A program made the translations under genes and the position numbers. The notes under the pieces were generated by a model that was not told the DNA's origin, did not search any database, and saw nothing but the letters and a program-made list of their open reading frames with translations. A stretch of DNA of 54,874 bases, from positions 1-54,874 of the forward strand of contig CBDVCA010000003.1 in NCBI GenBank assembly GCA_965372365.1, in the 5' to 3' direction. This document shows positions 9,087-18,634 of the stretch, piece by piece. How positions within the stretch are numbered: position 1 is the first letter of the stretch; the number at the start of each line of letters is the position of its first letter. Source of the stretch: an uncultured bacterium. GTDB taxonomy: Bacteria; Planctomycetota; Phycisphaerae; SM23-33; FEN-1343.

Positions 9087-9560
9087 ATGAGCCGCAGGAC
9101 TGACAGAGTATCCCGACTGGTTCAACAGACCGTCGGTGAGATTGTGCTGCAACGCATCAGCGACCCTAGGATCGACCCGGCGAAGGTGTCGATTACACGG
9201 GTGGAGGTCTCCGAGGATATGACCCGGGCGAAGGTGTTCTGCTCGGTCATGGGCACCGAGGCCGAACAGCGCACCGCCTTGCGAGCCTTGCAGCACGCCT
9301 CGGGGCGGATCCAGGATCTGATGATGCATCAGATATCGCTGCGACACACCCCGGTGCTGCAGTTTGTTAACGATATCCGATTTAAGAAGACGCTGACGAC
9401 CTTGGCGTTGATCCAGGGAGCGATGGATGAGATCCGCCAGGCTGAGGCCGGCGAGGCCGCCGAGGCCGCTGGCGAGGTTGCGTCGGAGGAGCCCGGCGCC
9501 GATGCTGAGCCGGAGGCGGCCGAATCGACCGACGTGGATCTGTTTGGGAACGAAAGATGA
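9087..9560 (+). CDS. rbfA: Ribosome-binding factor A
   Basis: RVSRLVQQTVGEIVLQRISDPRI...ITRVEVSEDMTRAKVF...LRHTPVLQF match the RbfA family. Acidic C-terminal extension. Confidence 0.9.
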   Translation: MSRRTDRVSRLVQQTVGEIVLQRISDPRIDPAKVSITRVEVSEDMTRAKVFCSVMGTEAEQRTALRALQHASGRIQDLMMHQISLRHTPVLQFVNDIRFKKTLTTLALIQGAMDEIRQAEAGEAAEAAGEVASEEPGADAEPEAAESTDVDLFGNER

Positions 9561-10483
9561 AAAACGCTACCGAGTACGGCAAGAAGGTCAAACGGGCTCT
9601 GTCGGGCATGAAGCGGAAGCACCATGCCGACCCGGCTCCTGTGGATTTGGCGCCGCTGGAGGTTCTCGTTCTGGCCGTCCTGCGGCAGAATGCTTCGTTG
9701 GCCCAGGCGCAGGCGGCGATGAAACTGCTTGACGAGGAATTCGTCGACTTCAATGAGATGCGCGTCGCCCCGGCGAAGGATATTTCCGACCTGATGGCCG
9801 GCGATATGCCCGACGCCAGAGCCAAGGCCCAGCAGATTATCGACGGCCTCAACCGGATCTTCGACCACGAGAACCGGCTGGACTTCGAGCATACCGCCGA
9901 CATGGGAAAAAGGGAGCTTCGCACGCATTTGCAGGACGCCTTGGGGCTCTCCTCGTATGTCGAAGCGTACCTGGTTCTGTACTTGTTCGATGGCCGCGCC
10001 CTACCGGTGGACGAGCGGCTCGTCGAGCGACTCAAGGCCGACGGACTGGCCGACGCCAAGGCCGACATCAGCGATGTGCGAACCGTGCTGGAGCGGGTGG
10101 CGCCGGCGAAGGATCCGGCCGCCACGTACGAAATGCTCACCGTGTACGCCGCCGAACCGCTTCCGGTCGCCAAGACCGCAGGCAGGAAGGCCAAGGCTGC
10201 TTCGAAGAAGGCCAAGGCTCCTGTGAAGAAGGTCAAGGCTGCTGTGAAGACGGTCCCGACGACTTCGAAGAAGGCCAAGACGGCTGCGAAACCGGCCAAG
10301 ACGGCCGCGAAGAAGGCCAAGGCCGCCAAGACGACCGCCAAGGGCGTGGCGAAGAAATCCGCCAAGAAAAGCACCGGAAAATCCGCGGCCGCCTCGGCGA
10401 CCCAGGGCGCCGGCGAGGGCAAGGCGACCGCCGCCAAAACCAAGAAGACATCCTCCCCGAAGAAGGCCGGCGGCAAGAAGTAG
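9557..10483 (+). CDS. HhH-GPD/endonuclease-III-like domain fused to a Lys/Ala-rich histone-H1-like tail
   Basis: ATGA overlap with the rbfA stop. N-terminal ~200 aa are EndoIII-like ([44 protein letters not shown]) with no Fe-S Cys cluster. C-terminal ~105 aa is an AKKAK low-complexity tail (10169-10480). Confidence 0.65.
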   Translation: MKNATEYGKKVKRALSGMKRKHHADPAPVDLAPLEVLVLAVLRQNASLAQAQAAMKLLDEEFVDFNEMRVAPAKDISDLMAGDMPDARAKAQQIIDGLNRIFDHENRLDFEHTADMGKRELRTHLQDALGLSSYVEAYLVLYLFDGRALPVDERLVERLKADGLADAKADISDVRTVLERVAPAKDPAATYEMLTVYAAEPLPVAKTAGRKAKAASKKAKAPVKKVKAAVKTVPTTSKKAKTAAKPAKTAAKKAKAAKTTAKGVAKKSAKKSTGKSAAASATQGAGEGKATAAKTKKTSSPKKAGGKK

Positions 10484-10533
10484 AGCCGCGACCGCCGGGG
10501 CGGTTCCCCTTCGGTTGGGAGGGGCTCAAGAGA

Positions 10534-11436
10534 ATGACAAGGAACGGTATGATTCAGAATTTGTCCGCCGACAAGCTTCGATTGGGGATCCCCAAGGGAT
10601 CGCTCCAGGAGAGCTCACTGGACCTGTTTTCCCGGGCGGGTTTCAATATCTCGGTTTCATCGCGGAGTTATTTTCCCACTGTGGACGACGACGAGATGGC
10701 CGTGGTGATGTTCCGCGCCCAGGAGATGAGCCGGTACGTCGCCGATGGCGTGATCGATTGCGGGTTGACCGGCCATGACTGGATCGTGGAGAACGGTTCG
10801 GATGTCGTGGAGGTGACCGAACTGGTCTACTCCAAGCAGTCGCTGCGCCCCGCCCAGTGGGTGCTGGCGGTTCCCAACGAATCCGACGTCCAGACGGCCC
10901 AGGATCTGGCCGGCGGCATCATCGCCACCGAGTTGGTCAACGCCACGAAGAAGTACTTCGCCGATCAGGGCGTCGATGTGCGGGTCGAGTTCAGTTGGGG
11001 CGCCACCGAGGTAAAGGCCCGACTGGTCGACGCCATCGTCGACGTCACCGAGACCGGCTCCAGCCTTCGGGCGAACAAGCTTCGCGTGATCGATACGATC
11101 ATGACCAGCACCACCAGGTTCGTGGCCAACAAAGAGGCGTGGGCCATCGACTGGAAGCGGCAGAAGATGGAGAACATCGCCCTGTTGCTGCAAGGCGCCA
11201 TTGGGGCCCGCGAAAAGGTCGGTCTGAAGATGAACGTCCCTCGTGATCGTGTCGACGATGTTATCAAACTCTTGCCGGCCGAAAAGAGCCCCACCATTTC
11301 GCACCTGGCCGACCAGGCGTGGGTGGCCATCGAGGTGGTTCTGGAAGAACGTGTTGAACGCGACCTGGTGCCGGCGCTGAAGCAGGCGGGCGTGACGGGC
11401 ATCATCACCTATCCTTTGAACAAGGTGATTCCCTGA
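10534..11436 (+). CDS. hisG: ATP phosphoribosyltransferase (long form)
   Basis: 300-aa [35 protein letters not shown] and [15 protein letters not shown] are HisG signatures. Confidence 0.9.
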   Translation: MTRNGMIQNLSADKLRLGIPKGSLQESSLDLFSRAGFNISVSSRSYFPTVDDDEMAVVMFRAQEMSRYVADGVIDCGLTGHDWIVENGSDVVEVTELVYSKQSLRPAQWVLAVPNESDVQTAQDLAGGIIATELVNATKKYFADQGVDVRVEFSWGATEVKARLVDAIVDVTETGSSLRANKLRVIDTIMTSTTRFVANKEAWAIDWKRQKMENIALLLQGAIGAREKVGLKMNVPRDRVDDVIKLLPAEKSPTISHLADQAWVAIEVVLEERVERDLVPALKQAGVTGIITYPLNKVIP

Positions 11437-14400
11437 TGCCGGAGGGACGGTTGCAGAAGGCGGGGATTCTGCTCATCGCGGCCTCAGTGTTGCTCTGTGG
11501 CTGCGGGGGGCCGGACGGGTCTGCGTTGATCGACGCCGGACCGCTACCCGACGCAGCGCTGACGCCCTTGGCGCGACTGACGCCGTCGATTGAGACGCCG
11601 CGGCCGTTGGCGGACGATGTTCCCGACGATCCGGCCGTCAAGGAACTGCTGGCCGCCGGACGCCGTCATCTGAAGAACCAACTCCACGCCGCGGCCGTCC
11701 AGTCGCTAACCGAGGCGGTCGCTCTGGCCCCCGACAGTGTCGCCGTTCGACGAGAATTGGGGCTGGCCCTCTTCGCCACCGGCGAGTTGGACAAAGCGGT
11801 CGCCCACCTCGAAGCGGCCGCCGGTGATGACGTGCGGGTCCATCTGTCGTTGGGGCGAATCTCCGAGCAAACCGGCCGGTTGCAAGAGGCGGTCGTGTAC
11901 TACCGCACGGCTCTGGCGTGTACGGCCGTTTCCGACGACGATCGCACCGAGGTCGACCGAGCCCGACTGCTGCTTTCCGACGTTCTGCGTCGTCTTGGCC
12001 GGGTCGCGGCGGCTCTGGACGCCTTGGAACCTCTGGATCGGAGTCTCTTCGATCGTCGGTACGCCGATTGGTCGGCGCCTCTGGCCCAATTGGCCGAGCA
12101 TCCCGAGAGCCTTCTGATGCGTCGCGGCACGCTGCTGTTATCGCTTCTCCGATATGACGAAGCCGCCGAGACGCTCGATGTCGCCTATCGCCTGAACAAA
12201 TCGTACGCGCCGGTCGCCATGCTGTACCTCAAGGCGCTCGCCAAGGCCGGCCGGTTCGACCAAGCCGACAAGGTCGCTCTGGAGATGATGGGCGGTCCCC
12301 TCGGCGCCGAGCGGATTGTCGACATGATGCTCGTGGTCTGCGAGGCCAAGGACGATCCGCTTGTCTTACGCCGATTGCTGGGGGCCTATCGAGCCCAATA
12401 CGGCATGCCTCCGGCGGCGGTGTTGGTGGCCGTGGCCCGCGGGATGTGGACCCTCGGCGAAACCGACAAGGCGATGGCCGTTCTGGCCGAGCATCAGCGG
12501 GAGGTGGAAGACCTCGCCCCCCTCGCGCTGACGCTCGCCAAGTGGCTGCTGGAGCAATCTCGCGCCGTAGACGCCATGGAGGTTCTGACCGATCTGCTTG
12601 GACGCCGCCCCTCGGCCGCGACGAAGGTGGAGAGGCTTCTGGCCGGTTGCCGGCCTGCGCGGCTTGACGACGGTGTCGCCCAATGGCTGGCCACCGCCGA
12701 TGACGGCGTCAGCGAGTATCGACACGCCAAGTTGTACCTCGCCGGATTGGTCGCCCGCCGGCTTCGCGCCGCTGACCAAGCTCGCCCGTTGTTCGAGCAG
12801 ACCATCGAAGTCGCCGCTGACTTCCTCCCGGCGTACGAGGCCCTGGCCCGAATCGCCATCGTCGGCGGTCAGTTTGATCGCGTGACCGATCTGGCCGACA
12901 AGGTCCGTGCTCTGGGCCATTCGCAGGTCGCCGATTATCTCACCGGGTGGTCGCTGTTGGCGCAGGGTCGGTCGGCCCCGGCGATACAGATTCTCGCCGA
13001 CGCGGTGAAGGCCGATCAGGGTCACGTTCGTTCTAGAATTCTACTGGCTCGGGCCTTGGTGAAGGCCGGTCAGATCGATTCGGCCGCCGAGCATCTGCTT
13101 CAGATCGTCAAGACCACCGGTGACAGTGAGGCGGCCGAACTGCTGGTCTCGTTGTACCTGGCCCGGTACCAGAGCCATACGGCGCGAGGCAACCGCAAAG
13201 AGGCCCAACAGTCGCTGGCGATGGCTCGCCGAGTGATCGGTATGCTGCTCAAAGCCGACGCCAACGACGTGACGGCCCTTCGGCTGTTTGCGTCCATTCA
13301 GCACAGGCGGGGCGAGTATCTCCAGGCCCGAGCGACCGTGGACAGGCTTATGGTGCTGGCGCCGGACGATGTGCGAGCCAGACTGCTGAAGGTCCAGGTG
13401 GAGCTTCGTACGGCCGCGGCCGCCGAAATGCTGGGTCCGCGGCGGTACGATCGCGCCCGGGCCGACCTGGATGTCGCCCTGGCGGTGAGGCCGGAAGACC
13501 CGGGTATTCTGAAGCAGTTGGCGGCGCTACAGAGCGGCCGGCGTCTGTACGAACAGGCCGCCGCGACGCTCGCCCAGGCGATGGCGAGCGATCCTGCCGA
13601 TGCGAGTCTGCCCTTCCAACGGGCCGTCGCGCTCCGCAAGGCGGGCCTGCTCGATCAGGTTGTCGACGTACTGGGCGCCGGAACCGAGGCCGACCTGGCG
13701 CCGCGGATGAGGGTGCTGTACGTCGTGACCCTGGCCGAGAGCGGACGCGTCGCCGAAGCCCGACGGAAACTGATCGAATGGATCGCTCAAGGCGATGACG
13801 CCAAGCTGCTGTATGAGATCGCCATGGTTCGCGTACAGGCCCTCGCCGATAACGTCGACGGGGCGGTCGGTCTTGTCGACGGACTCATGGCGATGGTCGC
13901 CGAGGACAACTCGCACGCGTGGGGCATGCTGGCGGCCGCCAAATTGGATGCGTTGGCCACAGCCGGGAGATACAACAAGCTGGAGGCCGCGGCGGTGGAA
14001 CTGTTCACCTCGATCCCCGCCGCCAAGTGGCTTGCCGCCGGCTCCGCCGGTGAGCGAATGGCCAGTGTGATCGTAGAGAGTTTCATTCCGATGGAATCGT
14101 GGCGGCGCCGGCGTGAACTGTCCGCTATCGCCAACGCCCCGACGCCGATTGACACGGCCGCGGCTTGGCTCCATGTCGCCGGTCGACACGACCAGGCGGC
14201 GGCGCTGACGATCAGCGCAATCGGCCGCCTCTCCGGCGACGACAAGGACGAGGCCGAACTGGCCGATCGGCTTCGTTTGAAGTTGATCCAACGGCTAGTA
14301 GAGTTCGGCCAAACCGATCGTGCGATCGTGGTGTACGAGAGATTCCTGGCCGCCTCCCCCGACAATATCGACCTGTTGTCGCTTTCCCAGTCGGTGTACA

Positions 14401-14915
14401 CGCGGCCGCGTCGGTCGGACGGCCGGCGTGTGGCTGAGTTGCTGAACCGCGCCGCCCAACTGAGCCCCGATGATCCGGAGTTGAACAACAACCTCGGATA
14501 CCTCCGGGCCGATGAGGGCGAGGACCTCGATCAAGCCCAGCGGATGCTGGAGAAGGCGTTAGCCGCGGCTCCCGGTCCGAACGTTCAGGACAGCCTGGGC
14601 TGGCTGCGATACAAGCGTGGCCAGTTCAATCAGGCGTTGGACCTCCTTCTGCTTGCGTTGAATAGCCCCTATGGCGACAATGCCGTTATCTACGATCACG
14701 TCGGCGATACGTTCTGGCGACTGGGTCGCAGGGAGCAGGCGTTGGAGATGTGGAGTGAGGCCGCCGACTTGGCCGAAACGGAAGGTGAGTTGCTTGGCGA
14801 TCGTCTCGACGGCGACACGCATCGTGTGGCGCAGGAGACGGCCAAGAAGATACAAGCCGCCCAACGCGGCGGTAATCCGAAGGTGGCGCCTTTGGGGCGA
14901 GGCGTTCGACGGTAG
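11436..14915 (+). CDS. Large TPR-repeat lipoprotein
   Basis: 1159-aa ORF. N-terminus ILLIAASVLLCGCGG has a lipobox. Body consists of repeated TPR-like helical pairs. Start overlaps the hisG stop by 1 nt. Confidence 0.8.
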   Translation: MPEGRLQKAGILLIAASVLLCGCGGPDGSALIDAGPLPDAALTPLARLTPSIETPRPLADDVPDDPAVKELLAAGRRHLKNQLHAAAVQSLTEAVALAPDSVAVRRELGLALFATGELDKAVAHLEAAAGDDVRVHLSLGRISEQTGRLQEAVVYYRTALACTAVSDDDRTEVDRARLLLSDVLRRLGRVAAALDALEPLDRSLFDRRYADWSAPLAQLAEHPESLLMRRGTLLLSLLRYDEAAETLDVAYRLNKSYAPVAMLYLKALAKAGRFDQADKVALEMMGGPLGAERIVDMMLVVCEAKDDPLVLRRLLGAYRAQYGMPPAAVLVAVARGMWTLGETDKAMAVLAEHQREVEDLAPLALTLAKWLLEQSRAVDAMEVLTDLLGRRPSAATKVERLLAGCRPARLDDGVAQWLATADDGVSEYRHAKLYLAGLVARRLRAADQARPLFEQTIEVAADFLPAYEALARIAIVGGQFDRVTDLADKVRALGHSQVADYLTGWSLLAQGRSAPAIQILADAVKADQGHVRSRILLARALVKAGQIDSAAEHLLQIVKTTGDSEAAELLVSLYLARYQSHTARGNRKEAQQSLAMARRVIGMLLKADANDVTALRLFASIQHRRGEYLQARATVDRLMVLAPDDVRARLLKVQVELRTAAAAEMLGPRRYDRARADLDVALAVRPEDPGILKQLAALQSGRRLYEQAAATLAQAMASDPADASLPFQRAVALRKAGLLDQVVDVLGAGTEADLAPRMRVLYVVTLAESGRVAEARRKLIEWIAQGDDAKLLYEIAMVRVQALADNVDGAVGLVDGLMAMVAEDNSHAWGMLAAAKLDALATAGRYNKLEAAAVELFTSIPAAKWLAAGSAGERMASVIVESFIPMESWRRRRELSAIANAPTPIDTAAAWLHVAGRHDQAAALTISAIGRLSGDDKDEAELADRLRLKLIQRLVEFGQTDRAIVVYERFLAASPDNIDLLSLSQSVYTRPRRSDGRRVAELLNRAAQLSPDDPELNNNLGYLRADEGEDLDQAQRMLEKALAAAPGPNVQDSLGWLRYKRGQFNQALDLLLLALNSPYGDNAVIYDHVGDTFWRLGRREQALEMWSEAADLAETEGELLGDRLDGDTHRVAQETAKKIQAAQRGGNPKVAPLGRGVRR

Positions 14916-14950
14916 CACAGTACGGTTCTTGACTGAGTACAGGAGTTAGC

Positions 14951-15706
14951 ATGTCTGGTCATAGCAAGTGGTCGAAAATCAAGCGGAAGAAGGGCGTCAA
15001 CGACGCTCGCCGGGGCCGTGCGTGGAGCAAGATTTCACGTCGCATTATCATCTGCGCCAAAGAAGGCGGCGGCAACCCCGACGACAATCTTCATCTGCGG
15101 TACGCCATGGATGAAGCCAGATCCGTCAATATGCCCAACGATACGATCAAGAACGCCATCAAGAAGGGCGCCGGCGAGTTGGGCTCGGTTAACTACGAAG
15201 AGGTTCTCTACGAAGGTTATGGCTCCGGCGGCATTGCCGTTATGTGCGAATGCCTGACCGATAATCGCAATCGAACGGCGCCGGAACTGCGAAAGATCTT
15301 CGAGCACGCCGGCGGCCAACTGGCCAACGCCGGCAGCGTGGCGTGGATGTTCAAGCAGCGAGGCGCGTTCAGCATCAACGCCACGACCATCGGCGAAGAA
15401 GCCCTGATGGACATCGTCCTGGAAGCCGGCGCCGACGATCTGGTCGCCGACGGCGACACCTTCGAGGTGACGTGCGACCCGACGGCGTTCGGTCAGGTCA
15501 AGCAGGCGCTGGCCGACGCCGAGATCGCGACCGAGGAGGCCTCCATCAGCCGTGTGGCGGAGAACCAGATCGTAATCGACAACGTCGAATCGGCCCGGAA
15601 GGTGCTCCGCCTGCTGGATAACCTCGACGCCCACGACGACGTGCAGAACGTGTACGCCAACTTCGACATCATCGAAGAAGTGATGGAGGCGTTGGGCGAC
15701 GACTGA
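14951..15706 (+). CDS. yebC: YebC/PmpR family transcriptional regulator
   Basis: MSGHSKWSKIKRKKGVNDARRGRAWSKISRRI... is the canonical YebC N-terminus. AGGAG lies upstream. Confidence 0.93.
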   Translation: MSGHSKWSKIKRKKGVNDARRGRAWSKISRRIIICAKEGGGNPDDNLHLRYAMDEARSVNMPNDTIKNAIKKGAGELGSVNYEEVLYEGYGSGGIAVMCECLTDNRNRTAPELRKIFEHAGGQLANAGSVAWMFKQRGAFSINATTIGEEALMDIVLEAGADDLVADGDTFEVTCDPTAFGQVKQALADAEIATEEASISRVAENQIVIDNVESARKVLRLLDNLDAHDDVQNVYANFDIIEEVMEALGDD

Positions 15707-15734
15707 CATCGGCCGGATGCTCTAAGCACAAACA

Positions 15735-15778
15735 CGACGGCGAGTGTCGATGGATTCGGCGCTCGCCGTTGTTGGGTT
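15735..15778 (+). terminator. Possible terminator after yebC
   Basis: CGACGGCGAG (15735-15744) pairs with CTCGCCGTTG (15762-15771, one wobble), followed by TTGGGTT. The loop is long, so the call is weak. Confidence 0.3.
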
Positions 15779-15816
15779 CACGCCGGATCCCAGGGGAGTT
15801 CTCATAGCCAACGGCC

Positions 15817-15973
15817 TGCCGTTACTAGCCCCCTGCAGTGCAGGGGGGTAGCTGGGCTGACAGTGTTCCCGCTGAAGATTTGATATCGATCGGCCCGAAG
15901 CGGTCGTTTGATCCACAGTCTATGGGTCCACGCTTCCTTCGACCCCCCGCACTGCGGGGGGCTAGTAACGGCA
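15817..15973. mobile_element. MITE-like element, copy 1 (31-32-bp terminal inverted repeats, each itself a hairpin)
   Basis: TGCCGTTACTAGCCCCCTGCAGTGCAGGGGGG (15817-15848) and CCCCCCGCACTGCGGGGGGCTAGTAACGGCA (15943-15973) are inverted repeats around a 94-bp core. Homologous to 50255..50430. Confidence 0.7.
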
Positions 15974-16021
15974 AGCATTCATCAGGCCTACTCCCGGCGA
16001 ATCCGGCATGACCTTCTGTTT

Positions 16022-18634
16022 TCACTCGTCGTTGATCTTCGCCTTGAGCAGTTCGACTTCGGCCTGGCGCCGGGCGTTGAATCGCATGACGCTGTGAGGC
16101 CATAGAGCCTGCTCGCTCGCTTCGGCCGCGGCCAGTTGGGTGGCCGCCAGTTGCGTCAGCCCCGCTTGGTAGGCCCATTTCGCCAGTTGCAGCCGGCCGT
16201 GGGGGTCGTGCGGATCCATGCGAGCCAGTTGCTCGATGGCCGGGCCGATTTGCTCGGACCATCGCTTGTCGGTTCGGCCGGCCTTGAACTTCGCCCATTC
16301 CCGCTTGGCCTTGTCGCTGTCGCCGGCGCGATACCAGGCGTCGCCGAGATGATCGTGCAGCAGGGGCCGGTCGCCCCCCGGCAGCGATAAGGCGCGCCGG
16401 AGATACGTTGCCGCGGTCTTGAAGTCGCCGCTATGGTAGGCGTATTGGGCCGCGACGTTCAGTGCGTACGGGTTTCGCCGATGGCGTTTGAGATGTTCGA
16501 CGGCTGCGGTGCGTTTGCTCGCGATGTCCCCGATCGGCTCGCCCCATCCGAATCGCTGTAGATCAGGATCGATGCCGATAGCCGTCAGTTGCGTATGCAG
16601 ATTCCGGTACGACCGCTTGCGTGGATTTCGTTCGCAGGCGATCCGGGCGTATCCGATGGCGTCGTCCAAGGCTTTGCCATGCGCCCGCTCGTCGCTGTTC
16701 CGAGCGTTCCGCATCGTCAGTTGGGCGAGGTCGGCGGCCGCAGCCGCGTCCAGCGTATCGGCATCCACGGCCGCGGCCATCGCCCGGGCGGCGCCAACGG
16801 GGGCGTTCTGCGAATACAGCCGGGCGGCCTCGTACGTAAGACGCTCGGCTCGCCGCATGGGCATCGCGACAACGACCGTCGCCGCAACGGTCGCGGCCGT
16901 CAGGCCCAGGGCGATTCCGATGGCCCACACGCGACCGAGTATCGCCTGTCGGCCCCGGACGACGCCCACCATGGCGCCGGCCCCGACCCAGAAGGCCATC
17001 GCGGCGCCGGGCTTGAACAGGGCGAAGTCGCTGAGGTTGTGCAGGGCGAAGCCGGCCAGTCCGCACCCGACGGCGATGGCGGCGAACGGTCCCGCTTGCG
17101 CCAGCGGGTCGCCCGGTCGGCCGGTCCAGAAGGCCGCGGCGAAACCGATTCCGACGCCGGCCAGTGGGATGTAGTTGTCGTACAGCAGCATCAGAGGGTC
17201 GGGGTACGTGGTGACGGATATTCGCCAGATCACAGCCGCGGCGTGAATAGCCGCCAGCAGCACCCAAGCCGCTCGGCCGGTGGGGGCCGCGTCGGTCGAA
17301 TCGGCGAGGTCGTCGCGCTGGGGGCCGGTGAGTTTCAGCAGGGTCCATCCCAGCAGCAGGATGTACAGGGCGCCGCCCGGCAGGCCGTACTCGGTCAGGG
17401 CCTGGACGATCACATTGTGTGGGTTCTTGACCGACTCCTCGGCCCCCGGCAGGCGGTGGTGAAGGTACGCGTCGGCGTAGTTCCCCGGTCCCACGCCCCA
17501 CACCGGGCGTTCGGCCAGCATCGCCGCCGAGCCGGTCCAGTATTCCCATCGCACCTGGAGCGTTCGCATGGGCAGTCCGCCGCGGGAGATCCCCACGCCG
17601 ATCACGCCGACGGTCAATAGGACAAAGGCGACGATGGTGACGGTGAGAACCGTTCGCCGATGTCGGGCGGCCGGGCCGCGAAGGGCGAACAGAACCGCCG
17701 CCGCGACGCCCGCCATGATCCCCGAGCCGATCGCCCCGATGCTGCCGGTAAGCCACCACGTGATCGCGGCCGGTACGATGAGCAGCGACGACAGGATCGC
17801 GGCGACGACTGTCGATGGAATCTCCCGGTTCAATCCCGGCGGGCCTCGCGGAGAGCCGGGCGGATCGCGCCGAATTGACAGCCACTTGTCGACGGCGATG
17901 CCGATCGCGGCCATGGTCAGCAGGACCATCAACGAGCCGAAGACGTTGGCCAGGGAGAACCACCCCTTGGTAGTTATCTCCTGGACCCGGGCTTCGTACA
18001 TCGTCGCCTCGGGCGAATCGACGGCGATGTTCATCGCGGCCAGTTGATCGGCCTTGTTGGCGCGGAACTCCACTCGCTGGTCGGGAATCTCGACCGTCGC
18101 CTGATACAATCCCTTCAGCCCCAGCGTCGTCGCCATGCCGGCGAGGATGACGATCACCAGGCTTCGCCGCCACGCCGCTCGGGTCAACTGCATCGCCAGG
18201 AAACACGCCAGCAGCAGGCTCGTCTGCTCCAATGCGGTCACCAGCCCCGCACGCCGATCGGCGGCCAGGTGTCCGGAGATCAGCAGCATCGCGGCCAAGG
18301 CGCCCAGCACCGCCCCGAACAGGGGGTGACGCAGCACGAACCGGCCGGAACTGAACGCCGTCGCGATCGCCCACGCCGCCGCCAGCGCCAGAATGCTTAC
18401 GGCCGATGCAATGCGGATAACGTTGTAAGGCGTGTAGATCTGCTCGGCCACCGGAAGGCTGTGGTAGGCGCCGGCGGCGCTCAGCGGGCTGCGGCCGAAG
18501 GTGGGCTCGTTGAGCATCATCCGCCCGACCATCAGGGCGAGCAGCCCGGCCCCGATGACCCCGTATGTCCATCGGAGCCACCGACTCCGGCGACCGGGCG
18601 CGGCCGAGCGGGATGGCGTGGCGTCGTCGGTCAT
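16022..18634 (-). CDS. O-antigen ligase/polymerase-like (Wzy_C) polytopic membrane protein with C-terminal TPR domain
   Basis: ORF 16022..18835. ATG at 18634 overlaps the upstream stop (ATGA). Many TM segments. WEYWTGSAAMLAERPVWGVGPGNYADAY...NPHNVIVQALTEYG resembles Wzy_C. The C-terminal ~300 aa are TPR-like. Confidence 0.75.
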   Translation of the reverse strand: MTDDATPSRSAAPGRRSRWLRWTYGVIGAGLLALMVGRMMLNEPTFGRSPLSAAGAYHSLPVAEQIYTPYNVIRIASAVSILALAAAWAIATAFSSGRFVLRHPLFGAVLGALAAMLLISGHLAADRRAGLVTALEQTSLLLACFLAMQLTRAAWRRSLVIVILAGMATTLGLKGLYQATVEIPDQRVEFRANKADQLAAMNIAVDSPEATMYEARVQEITTKGWFSLANVFGSLMVLLTMAAIGIAVDKWLSIRRDPPGSPRGPPGLNREIPSTVVAAILSSLLIVPAAITWWLTGSIGAIGSGIMAGVAAAVLFALRGPAARHRRTVLTVTIVAFVLLTVGVIGVGISRGGLPMRTLQVRWEYWTGSAAMLAERPVWGVGPGNYADAYLHHRLPGAEESVKNPHNVIVQALTEYGLPGGALYILLLGWTLLKLTGPQRDDLADSTDAAPTGRAAWVLLAAIHAAAVIWRISVTTYPDPLMLLYDNYIPLAGVGIGFAAAFWTGRPGDPLAQAGPFAAIAVGCGLAGFALHNLSDFALFKPGAAMAFWVGAGAMVGVVRGRQAILGRVWAIGIALGLTAATVAATVVVAMPMRRAERLTYEAARLYSQNAPVGAARAMAAAVDADTLDAAAAADLAQLTMRNARNSDERAHGKALDDAIGYARIACERNPRKRSYRNLHTQLTAIGIDPDLQRFGWGEPIGDIASKRTAAVEHLKRHRRNPYALNVAAQYAYHSGDFKTAATYLRRALSLPGGDRPLLHDHLGDAWYRAGDSDKAKREWAKFKAGRTDKRWSEQIGPAIEQLARMDPHDPHGRLQLAKWAYQAGLTQLAATQLAAAEASEQALWPHSVMRFNARRQAEVELLKAKINDE

